Assembly: GCA_951406725.2 (NCBI GenBank) | Contig: OX597816.1 | Coordinates: 90,272,001-90,336,000, forward strand | DNA length: 64,000 bases | Source: Octopus vulgaris | Taxonomy: Eukaryota | Reading direction: 5' to 3' | Shown: in pieces, positions 11,965-22,835 of the stretch | Numbering within the stretch: the stretch's first letter is position 1 | Layout: every line of letters starts with the position of its first letter | Program-made: the position numbers and the translations under genes | The notes under the pieces: model-generated | Database searches by the model: none | The model's input: the letters and a program-made list of their open reading frames with translations, nothing else | Told to the model about the DNA's origin: nothing

Positions 11965-12498
11965 TTGGATTGTCTGGAAAGTTCATGCCAATTTTTAAAG
12001 GAAAGAAAAAGGTCAGTAAATACTTGCCATTACATTTTTAATCAACCAAATATGAACCATTTTGTTGCACAATGCATCTCCATCTTTCCTTTAACTTGAA
12101 AATACCCTCATCCCAGAATTGAGGTGGTTTCATGGCAAAGAATTCATCAAGGTATCTTTTTATGTCATCCAAGCAATTGAAATTTTTACCATTAAGACTA
12201 TTCTGAAGAGACCTGAATAAGTGGAAATCCAAAGGAGCAATATCTGGTGAATATGGAGGATGGGGTAACACATCCCAGCCAAGCTGCAGCAATTTTTGTC
12301 TGGTTCCCAAAGCATCAAGTGCTGAAAGTGAACTTTCTTATTAAAGGGTTACAGAATTAACACAGGTTATAGGAACATAAACCTTCTTCCATGAAAAGAT
12401 AGGTGTAGTCAAATCCTATTTTATGGACTCAACCATGTTCTAAAATAAGTTAAAAGGTAAGCTACTATAAATCGGCACAAACTTTCCAGACAACCCAA
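11965..12498 (-). mobile_element. Internally deleted mariner element
   Basis: ~30-bp TIRs (ttggattgtctggaaagtt / aactttccagacaacccaa) with TA on both sides. Encodes HPPYSPDIAPLDFHLFRSL and the DD34D transposase C-terminus. Confidence 0.92.
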
Positions 12499-12595
12499 TA
12501 TTTATTAATAACAATCTTGATTCAGCTTCATGCAACCTAAAGTTTCATAGGCTCATCATCCAAACTCCAAAAAGAAATTTGTAAATTGTACTTAC

Positions 12596-12819
12596 CAGGT
12601 ATGTTTCTCATACAACACAAGATAGCCTTAATTATTATTTTATGTTCTGCACAGCTTGTTTTTAATGCATCTAAAACAATTTTCACAACATCTCTTGCAG
12701 ATAAGTTTTCATCTGCAAGAATATGAGGGGCAAACCGTACTTCTGCATAGTAAATATTTTGTTTAGCACTATCTTCACAAAAATCTTTTGCTATTTGTGC
12801 AATAGCTTGTTTGTCACCT
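12596..12819 (-). CDS. ADA: Adenosine deaminase exon (GDKQAIAQIAKDFCEDSAKQNIYYAEVRFAPHILADEN...ILCCMRNIP)
   Basis: tttttcag acceptor and gtaag donor, 224 nt open frame. Y.EVR..PH and ILCCMR motifs. Confidence 0.94.
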
Positions 12820-13050
12820 CTGAAAAAGAAATAAAAAATAGATGTTATGACAAAGCTTATTTAAAGTTCTGTAGCAAATCTTTATCGCTCTTTATTTCTG
12901 TTAACTGTTTCATGATGTTTCACAAATATTTTTCAATGAAAACATAATAAATCCACTGGTGCCTTATCCCTTTTTCATAAACATGGTACTCAAGTTAAAA
13001 CAATCAGTGCAAAATTATTTAATAAATTATACCAAGAAATATGTTCTTAC

Positions 13051-13173
13051 TTTATAATTGGCAGGAAGTAACCAAATATATCCAACATGGCTCCTAAACC
13101 TTCATTTTTACTCTCTGTAACCCTCTCTCTTAACTCTTCTACTGTTTTCTCTTTCAGTTCTATGTTCCTTCGC
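13051..13173 (-). CDS. ADA: Adenosine deaminase exon (RRNIELKEKTVEELRERVTESKNEGLGAMLDIFGYFLPII)
   Basis: ttcattag acceptor and gtaag donor, 123 nt, phase 2-2. Joins the flanking exons in frame. Confidence 0.9.
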
Positions 13174-13499
13174 CTAATGAATAAAAGAAAAATATTATAA
13201 ATTAAAATTTGTAATAATTTACAAAACATGGTATTTATTTTTGTGACAACTAATTTTTTCAATTTTGTGATGTTAACAAGATTTTGAAAGTGTATTTCTA
13301 TATTATAAAATTTTCTGGTCACTCAGTATGTTCGCTTTTAACATGTTAGTACTAATAGACCAGCATTTAGACTGATTTCAAAGAAACAAATTATCCTTTC
13401 TTCTCTAATATTTCTTCTCTAATACTGTTGGTCATTGACACAGCTTCTCCTTAAACACAAAAATGGAATTTATCCCACTAGTATATCTATATACATATA

Positions 13500-13963
13500 G
13501 ATGCAGGCATAGCTGTGTGGTTGAAAAGCTTTCTTCCCAACAGTGTCTCTCAGGTTCAGTGGGTTCTGTCCCAATGTGTAGCAATATAGGCAAGTGTCTT
13601 CTACAAAAGCCCTGGACAACCAAAGCCTTGCAAGTGAATTTAGTAGATGGAAACAAAGAAGCTTATTGTATGTATGTGTGTGTGTGTGTGTGTGTACTCC
13701 TGTCTTGACATAATATGATGGTTGTCAATTACCATCACTGTCATAAAGCAATGTTGTATATGTGTGTGTATCACTGTTGTACAAGCGATGTTGTTAATTT
13801 TCAATCTATGAAAAACACACCTGGCCACAGGGAAATATTACTTTGGTTGGCAATAGATGTGGGCTGGTGACAGGAAGGGCATCTGGCAGTAGAAAAATCT
13901 GCCTCAACAAATTCTGTCTGACCCATGCAATCATGGAAATGTGGATGCTAAATGATGATGATG
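13500..13963 (+). mobile_element. SINE with a family-A head and an RTE-derived tail. Related copies at ~3860-4070, 11390-11715, 31600-31810, 55440-55540, 63385-63780 (-).
   Basis: Family-A head, a distinct body, then ggaagggcatc...acccatgcaa.catggaaa.tggatg.taaatgatgatgat. Confidence 0.82.
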
Positions 13964-14700
13964 TGCACTCACAGACACTGACCTCTCCTACTTTCAGCAT
14001 TCAGATATTCCTGTGTGTATCACCTCCAAACATTACACGAAACTCTTCATCCCCAAAACAGCAACACTCTGCAGTTCCCTCCCACCACGTTTTCTACACA
14101 AATATAAATCTACAGAAATTAAAACTGAACATCAACTATATCAACTTTACTAGCTCAGAAAAACCTGTGAACAGAATAATACTGTCCCATCTTTACACAT
14201 ATGGATATACTTAAAAATGCCTATCTTTGAAAAAAAGAAAAGAAAAACACATGCTTATAAGTAGGCAGGCCAATCAAAGCCTTGTGAGTGGATGGAAGCT
14301 GAAAAAAGGCCAATGTATAAATGCATATTTATGTGTGTGTGTCTTTGTGTTAGTGTTTCTCCCTACCACTACTTACTTGACAACTGGTGTTGATGTGTTT
14401 ATGTCCCCATAACTTAGCAGTTTGGCAAAAGAGACTAATAGAATAAGTATTAGGCTTAAGAAAAAGTATTGGGATCGATTCATTTGACCAAAATTCAAGG
14501 TGGTGCACCAGCATGGCCACAGTAACGACTGAAACAAGTAAAAAAAATGCTCACACCATTTCTTTCTAGCTTTTACACATCCTCTGTACTCATGCCCATG
14601 TCTCACACTTCATATCAAACATCATACAATCAACAATTTGCTTGAAGAGAAAATCTTTGTTACCAGCAGAGATGATAGCTCTGAATTTCTTCCACTTCAT

Positions 14701-15978
14701 ACAAGGTGTTCAGGCTAAATTTGACAGTTTGCATAAAGGGAAGAGAAAACACAATATCCCACTCAAAAATCAATATCAACTAGATTATGGCTGGGGGATA
14801 ATAGTTTACTCAAAGTAGCCACCCTTAAACTTCCACCATGAGCTCCTCAAGACGGTTCTGGAACCTGGCACATGCATTCCTCACAGAGTCCCTGAGAAGA
14901 TCTTTGAACACCTCCTTTATCTTGGCCACCAGCTCAGCCTTGGTGCTGCAGGCAGAATAGTTGATGTCTTTTACAACCATGCTCCACACATTGTAATCCA
15001 TGGGAGAAGTCATCATCATCATCGTTTAATATCCGCTTTTCTAGCCAACATGAGTTGGACGATTTGACTGAGGACTGGTGAACCAGATGGCTGCACCAGG
15101 CTCCAATCTGATCTTGCAGAGTTTCTACAGCTTGATGCCCTTCATAATGCCAACCAACCACTCCGAGAGTGTAGTGGGTGCTTTTATGTGCCACAGGCAT
15201 GAGGGCCAGTCAGGCGGTACTGGTAACGGCCATGCTCAAATGGTGTTTTTTACATGCCACCTGCACAGGAGCCAGTCCAGCAGCACTGGCAATGACTTCA
15301 CTTGAATGTTTTTTCACATGCCAGTAAGGCGATGCTAGTAATGATCATGATCGAATGGTACTTTTTACATGCCACCGGCACGGAAGCCAGTTAGCTGCTC
15401 TGGCAACGATCACACTCGGATGGTGTTCTTAGCGCTCCACTAGCACAGATGCCAGTCATCGAATTTGATTTCAATTTCACTTGTCTCAACAGGTCTTCGC
15501 AAGCAGAGTTTAGTGTCCAATGAAGGAAAGTACGCATAAGTGGGCTGGCATAGGCCACAAGGTTATGGTCAGTCATAGAAAATTCTCTGATAATCAATTC
15601 TGACTATTTCCAGAGTTATGGTAAGGAGTCAAATCCTGCAGCCACACATGGCCTTCCAGTAACAACCCTCTCCAGCAGCTTCACAGCCACCTAAATAGAG
15701 CCCTATTTAAATACGTGGAGATGAATTCTGGCATACAGTGTCCCTTCCTGCTGGCCATGGCCTTGTAACCCTTATTGCAGCTGTCCATGTTTTATAGCCT
15801 TTACAGCATTCACAAAGCATTGAGCAGCAGTCACGATGTCAACATAAATGATATTTTATGCTGGGTAATTCTTTTCCAATATTCAGACGGCTTCTAGTCC
15901 CCCATGTCAACGTTTTCTCAACTACAGCTTTAATTTTTATGCTCTCCAATGCTGTTAACTTTTAAATACGTGTTCCTG
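14701..15978 (-). mobile_element. Second, more decayed copy of the maT-like element, interrupted by an RTE fragment
   Basis: Collinear with 34018-34850. PMDYNVWS...RNACARFQNRLE. Confidence 0.82.
15014..15570 (-). mobile_element. RTE 3' UTR fragment nested in a maT-like DNA transposon
   Basis: RTE tail and repeat units flanked by the TSD agtcat (15008-15013 and 15571-15576). Confidence 0.88.
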
Positions 15979-18170
15979 AGAAAAGGAGACAAGAAAAAAA
16001 ATGTGAGGGTTAGAAAAAAATTCAGTTTCTTACCACTAACTAACCCTATGAATATGTCACAAAGTGACTTTTCTCTGTGATCTAATAAACTTCTTGCACA
16101 CTCAAAGTTTACAAGGGAACACTATATTAGTTCACACCTACTCCTTTTCAACATATTAAGTACAGCCATATTCCCAGTGGTAAAAGGGTCCTATCTTCTT
16201 TCCAGCTCCTTAAGACTTTAGTCTCTGCCAAGTTTACTTGAAGGTCTCACAATTCTAGGTTTTGTTGCATCTGTAATTTCTTTAAATCTTCTACAAATTT
16301 TGCTCTAAAGACTAGGTCATGGGCAGATAAGAGTTCCTATACACAGCAAGTTTAAACTCCTTGGTTGTAGCCCAGAGAACTAAAATAGAAACAGACTGAG
16401 AATCAAGCTAGATCCAACCTCTCACACTTATCCTATAATGTCATTCTAAAAATAAATAATCACATCATTGAAATCTCAAAGCTATGAGACAATGCATGGT
16501 TAATTTAAAACAATGTGAATAAATAAGCATTACATTAGATACCTGTCTGCATATTGTATTCCTTATAAAACTCATTGCACAACTTTTACTTTGCTGACAG
16601 TGTCTCAGGGAATAGTTTGCACCACTCTCACAAGCCCTTCATCTCTATCTAGGATTTTTTTTTAAATATCACCTGAATACAGATATCAAAGGACTTCTCC
16701 AAGTCAGTGGATGCTAGTTTACTTAGCTAAAAACTTCTCTTGCAGTTGTCTCACAAGGAAAAAAAGAAGCATCAGTGGTACTATAACCTGGTTTAAATCT
16801 GAACTGCATCTGATTAAAGTTAACTTTTCCTCATCAGTCATTCTAATAAAAAGCTTGTAAATTTTCACAAACAATTTATATTAGAAGTTTATTATATGAG
16901 GTAGCCTTGCATAATAGTGAATCACTTTTGCACTTGTTGCAACCAGGTTGTCTACTAACTGGTTTTCAGTATAACATCTTTAAAACATTACTTTTGTTGC
17001 TAGAATACTACAACTTAGCTGCCTCTGCAACTTGTCCTACTTCTGTGTATTTCCTTTTGACAAATAACAGGTGTATATTATGTCACCATCAAATGGGTAT
17101 AAGTGTCATTTAGGCAGGTCACTCTTGTGATCAATGCTTTGTGTATCTTGAAATTCCTGAGCTATATCAAGTGTATAACCTTTATTTTGGAAACTGGCAC
17201 CATATCTTTGATTGCTGAAGTAGATCTCTATTAGTTAGTTGCAAGTTTTCAAACCTACCAGAAGAGTAAGTGAGTTGGTAGGTAGGTACATATGTATGTA
17301 TGTATGTAGGTAGGTAAGTAAGTGGATAAGTAGGTAGATAGTGAGGGGGAGAGAAAGAGAGGGCTGGAAGGGTGGAAGGATAAAATGGTAACTACTTTAA
17401 GATCTTTACTAGCATATAAGTCAGCTTCAGGAAACTTCTTTACTAAAATTAGAGCTGTTATCAAAAACTTTGATAAAGGTTGGTAGTTTATCAAGGTGTT
17501 GGATGACTGTACTTCATAAATTTTTTCCTTGACTTCTGATTTCAACACATTCTTCCAGTGTTCCACTATTACTGATTTGATTGGTCTTTGGTTAAGGATG
17601 TACCATCTGCTGATTTGATTTGTGCTATAGAAGAGTTCCTGTGTATTCTATCATAAAAAACTGTACACACACACACGTCTATGTAAGCATCTGAATTTTG
17701 CAAGATTTTGCATTTCATATTTGAAAAATTGGAATTGTAAAGTCAAGTTTCTTTTGACTTTCTTCCTGCTCCCCAAGTTTTGAAAGAGATTTTTTTTTTA
17801 ATATAATGGGTGATAGTTCAAGATTGTATTACATGCTTTGTGAATATTACTCAGGAGTATGGTGGCTGTGGTGGAGATCTCATTAAACCAGTTTTTACAC
17901 GTTTTCTCTCTCTCTTGGTTTCAGGATATGATATCACACACACACACACACACAGAGGTTATTAATAAATTACCTTTACAATTTGAAGATTGAAAGTGTA
18001 GAAGTTGTAAACATAATTTATGGACATCCTATGCATTACAAGCACATCACATACATACACATGCAATTTTTTTATATGCACGTGTGAGCATATATTTTTC
18101 TTTCAATAATTTTAATGAAACGACAAAATTTATAGAAGCAATTTTGCTGAACTGATTTTGTGTTTTCAGT

Positions 18171-18395
18171 TTCATCATCATCGTTTAACGTCCGCTTTCC
18201 ATGCTAGCATGGGTTGGATGATTTAACTGAGGACTGATGAACCAGATAGCTGCACCAGGCTCTGATCTGATCTGGCAGAGTTTCTACAGCTAGTTGCCCT
18301 TCCTAACGCCAACTACTCCGAGAGTGTAACAGGTGCTTTTACGTGCCACCGGCACGAGGGCCAGTCAGGTGGGTACTAGCAACAGCCATGCACAA
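18171..18395 (-). mobile_element. Short RTE 3' tail. Similar tails at ~1630-1930 (+), 10800-10940 (-), 19088-19362 (-), 21155-21350 (-), 22880-23180 (-), 46110-46257 (+), 54842-55065 (-), 63895-63990 (-).
   Basis: Shared (cat)n-gtttaacgtccgctttccatgctagcatgggttgga...gcccttcctaacgccaacc segment. Confidence 0.85.
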
Positions 18396-18539
18396 GTTTA
18401 CAAAATGAAATACAGAAAAAATATTGGACTTAAATTTTACATTTAATCTAAATTATGTACGAATATTTTTTTTTAAGTCACTGAATGCAGTTATATATGG
18501 TTATATTTGTATGCAAAAAATAACAAAAATATATCTTAC

Positions 18540-18601
18540 TTGGCTGTTTCAAATAATGTCTCTGGTCGAATTGCTCCATCCAAATGAACATGTAGTTCTA
18601 C
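18540..18601 (-). CDS. ADA: Adenosine deaminase exon (VELHVHLDGAIRPETLFETA)
   Basis: tttgcag acceptor and gtaag donor, 62 nt. ELHxHLDG zinc-binding motif. Confidence 0.97.
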
Positions 18602-20324
18602 CTGCAAATTATAAGAATATCACTACATGTTACCAAATACCTAGAAAAATGTTGGTTTGGTCAACCTCTTATTTAGGTCATCTCAAAAATATCATATCAA
18701 CAATATTAAAAATGTTTTTATTTCTCCATTCATGAAGAAAGAGATAAATGACTTATAAAATTTAATTTAATTTTTTTGCTGAAGTTCAAAAATTCAGCTG
18801 TCTGCATTCATAGAAATTACCATCATGGGTATACAAAACACTAATAACCAAAACATAAATACTTATTTCTTATTCTTTGATTTCTGAATGTGTTTAACCC
18901 TTTAGCATTCAAATTGGCCATATCTGTCCCAAATATTCTGTTTTATATTCAAACCAGCTAGATCCAACCTCTCACACTTATCCTATAATGTCATTCTAAA
19001 AATAAATAATCACATCACTGAAATCTCAAAGCTATGAGACAATGCATGGTTAATTTAAAACAATATGAATAAATAAGCATTACATTTCATCATCATTGTT
19101 TAACGTCCACTTTCCATGCTAGCATGGGTTGGACGATTTGACTGGCGAACTAGATGGCTGCACCAGGCTCCAATCTGATCTGGCAGAGTTTCTACAGCTG
19201 GATGCCCTTCCTAAAGCCAACCACTCCGAGAGTGTAGTGGGTGCTTGTATGTGCCACTGGCACAAGGGCCAGTGAGGCAGTACTGGCAGTGGCCACGCTA
19301 AAATGGTGCTTTTTATGTGCCACCTGCAGAGGAGCCAGTCCAGCGGCACTGGCAATGACAATGCTAAAGAGTTAAACAGGACAGTGGTCTTTCCAAGTTG
19401 GCTGTGTTAGAATGACCTATTATGTTGGTATAGGCAGCCTAAAAATTGGAACTGACATGCAACTGATTCAGTATAGAGGCTTTGAAAGAAGCATCGTATA
19501 ACACACTTGTGATGTATCCTCCAACAATAAAATGTATTACAAATGACTAACAGAAAACATTCAGTACAATAGTTCATTCTATCACTGCAGCATGGAAAGA
19601 AAATCCACACCCACTTTCAAGATACATTAAAAAAACAGAAATCAAAGAATGCAGAATAAGCACAAGCATCACAATTATAAAAAGATCTAAGCTCATCTTA
19701 ACTTGTCACCATATAGGAAGGTTCCTGCTGATTAATTTTAAAGCAGAACCTCCTTCTGGGATCTGAAGTAAAGAACACAACAGCATTGATAATAATCACA
19801 TGATCGATGAGTTCAACTTTCCCCTTCCTTCTTCCAAGGTTGATATAAAAGTACCAATCCAGTGGGTGGATTACCAGAACTTTAAGAATCAGATACCTTG
19901 TATTTGCTTAAGTTCTTTGTATTTTGAGTTCAAATTGTGCCAAGGTTAGTTGGTTGGTTGGTGTGTGTATGTGTGTGTGTGTACGTGCATAATAACTGAG
20001 GTGGAACAGAAGATATGAAAGGGTGTGTGGGTAAAGGTAGTAAGAATGTGAAAGGAGAGTGAGAAATGGTTAGAGATAGGAGTGAATGGTGAACAAGGAC
20101 AGAGGAGTGGTTAATAGTAAATGTGAATTGGAGGAAAATGATAGGAATGATGAGTAGACGTCAATAGAAGTTGGTCAGGGGAGAGGAGGTAATGAGTGGC
20201 AGTACAGAAAGGGTGAAGAGCAACAGAATAATAATAATAATAATAATATAACTGAATAGAATAGGATGAAAGATAAACAGATGATGGATGGAGTGGGTGT
20301 TTAAGGTTGCAATAGTTTGAGAGA

Positions 20325-20610
20325 TGTTCCTTCTTGAGCCATGCCTGGCTCATAAGGGCTGGTTTCCCTGGCATATAGGTTCCCCACCTGGACGGGACAC
20401 CAGTCTGTCATAGGTGAGCTGCAAGATGCAGGAGGAAAGAGTGAGAGAAAGTTGTGGCGAAAGAGTCAGCAGAAGTTTGCCATTACCTTCTGCTGGAGCC
20501 GCATGGAGCTTAGGTGTTTTCGCTCATAAACACACACACATAGCCCAGTCTGAGATTTGAACCTGTGATCCCTCGACCACAAGTCCGCTGCTCTAACCAC
20601 TAGGCCATGA
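20325..20610 (-). mobile_element. tRNA-derived SINE, family D
   Basis: Minus-strand head tggcctagtggttagagc...aggttcaaatctc. Confidence 0.72.
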
Positions 20611-20611
20611 T

Positions 20612-20840
20612 GTACACTAATCCCTCGCCACATCGTGGTTCACCTATCGCAGTTTATTATTTAAGTTTACGCTGATTCTTCTGTAGTGTTGTATTGCATT
20701 TATAATAAAATAAATATATACAAATTATAGAAATTATAAATAAATCATACAGTACAGTACTGTTTCTACTTCAAGGATTTTCACCTATTGCGTGGGGTTT
20801 TGGAATGTAACACCTGTGATTGTTGAGGGATTACCATATA
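20612..20840. mobile_element. pogo/Tigger-like MITE. Related copies at ~28733-28952 and from ~61773.
   Basis: Degenerate TIR cagtaatccctcg...tgagggattac and a shared atcgcggttcacctat segment. Confidence 0.6.
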
Positions 20841-21351
20841 GTGATAAAAGGTGATGGAGGTCACAGTGAATATAGAGGGTGCAAACAAAAGTGGAGGTGT
20901 GGGTCGATGGCAGATATGACATGGGGTGTTAACTATGAGGCATGGGATGGATATAAGTTCAGGAGAGAGGAGGTTATGTAATGACACATGCTTTTCTCTG
21001 GACTATCTGCTCCTTCCTCCTTTTCCTTCTTGATGAACTTTTTCCTCTTCCTGACAAAGAGCCATGCTCAAAACTTTGTTTCCACTCCTATTTTTTCATC
21101 TAAAGCTTTCACTGTTTTTCCTGTGTTTTTTAAAAAAAATTTTGACTTGCATATATCATCATTATCATCATCATTTAATGTCCATTTTCTATGCTGGCAT
21201 GGGTTGGGCAGTTTGACAGGTGTTGGCCAGGTGAAGAGCTGCCCATGTTCCACGTCTGTTTCGGCATGGTTTCTACAGCTGGATACCCTTCCTAATGCCA
21301 ACCACTTTACAGAGTGTACCGGGTACTTTTATGCAGCACTGGCATGGGTGC

Positions 21352-21386
<35 letters not shown>

Positions 21387-21700
21387 GTGTATGTGCAAAT
21401 ATTTAAAACATACACACACATAACAAACCAGAGAACAGAGGCACTGGTATCACATTTCTTGCTTGGTTACAGCAATTGACACCCTATGTGTCAAATAAAT
21501 CATTTAACAAGTTGGAAAAATATCAGCAATGATTATGTAATATTGACTATACAATGTAAAACCCATAGTCATTTCATCAGGACGAAATGAATAAACTAAG
21601 GAGAAAAGCTTGGTGGGAGGGGTCATATTCTGGTACAAGGAGGTTCTACTTGACATGCAAATAAAAAGGTGTAAAGGTTTATCAACTGATAAGATCATAT

Positions 21701-21783
21701 TTTAAGTTGGACTGTTGGACTGTTATCTGGTAAAAGAATTTTAAGTTGGACTGTTGGACTGTTATCTGGTAAAAGAATTTTAA
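21701..21783. repeat. 40-bp tandem duplication. Similar small duplications at ~31888-31966, 32342-32400 and 56740-56823.
   Basis: tttaagttggactgttggactgttatctggtaaaagaatt occurs twice. Confidence 0.9.
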
Positions 21784-21856
21784 ATCTGTGTATTGTAGAG
21801 TGCCATAAATCAACTGGGATGGGCATTTCTAGAGCAGCTGGAAGAAAACCTTATCA

Positions 21857-21859
21857 GAG

Positions 21860-21908
<49 letters not shown>

Positions 21909-21992
21909 AAAAAAGCATGGACAAGAATACAGATGGAAAGAGGGTGTAAGAACAATTTAAAATGTATGCAGGCATTTATTGAGGATAAAACT

Positions 21993-22066
<74 letters not shown>

Positions 22067-22743
22067 CAGAGAGAGAGAGAGAAAAGCAGAGGGAGAGAGA
22101 AAAGCAGAGGGAGAGAGAGAAAATCAGAGAGAGAGAGAGAAAATCAGAGAGAGAGAGAGAAAATCAGAGAGAGAGAGAGAAAATCAGAGAGAGAGAGAGA
22201 GAAAATCAGAGAGAGAGAGAGAGGCAGAGAGGGAGAGAGAGGCAGAGAGGAGAGAGAGAGGCAGAGAGGGAGAGAGAGGCAGAGAGGGAGAGAGAGGCAG
22301 AGAGGGAGAGAGAGGCAGAGAGGGAGAGAGAAGCAGAGAGGGAGAGAGAGGCAGAGAGGGAGAGAGAGGCAGAGAGAGGCAGAGAGGGAGAGAGAGGCAG
22401 AGAGGGAGAGAGAGGCAGAGAGGGAGAGAGAGGCAGAGAGGGAGAGAGAGGCAGAGAGGGAGAGAGAGGCAGAGAGGGAGAGACGCAGAGAGAGAAGCAG
22501 AGAGAGAAGCAGAGAGAGAGAGAGGGAGAGAGAGGCAGAGAGGGAGAGAGAGGCAGAGAGGGAGAGAGAGGCAGAGAGAGAGAGCAGAGAGAGAAGCAGA
22601 GAGAGAGAGAGAAGCAGAGAGAGAGAGAGAAGCAGAGAGAGAGAGAGAAGCAGAGAGAGAGAGAGAAGCAGAGAGAGAGAGAGAAGCAGAGAGAGAGAGA
22701 GAGAAGCAGAGAGAGAGAGAGAGAAGCAGAGAGAGAGAGAGAA

Positions 22744-22792
<49 letters not shown>

Positions 22793-22835
22793 CAGAGAGA
22801 GAGAGAGAGAGAAGCAGAGAGAGAGAGAGCGAGGG
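21857..22835. repeat. Compound (GA)n microsatellite/minisatellite with GCAGAG/ATCAGAG interruptions
   Basis: Direct reading. The main array is ~21997-22835, with a shorter (GA)n at 21857-21906. Confidence 0.97.

Noticed and set aside
12713-12722. Apparent splice acceptor (ttcttgcag) that would split the 224-nt ADA exon
   Set aside because: The frame is open through it and encodes the conserved EVRFAPH motif. No matching donor was seen.
21565-21592. CTGATGA on the minus strand as a hammerhead core
   Set aside because: No stem II followed by GAAA downstream.
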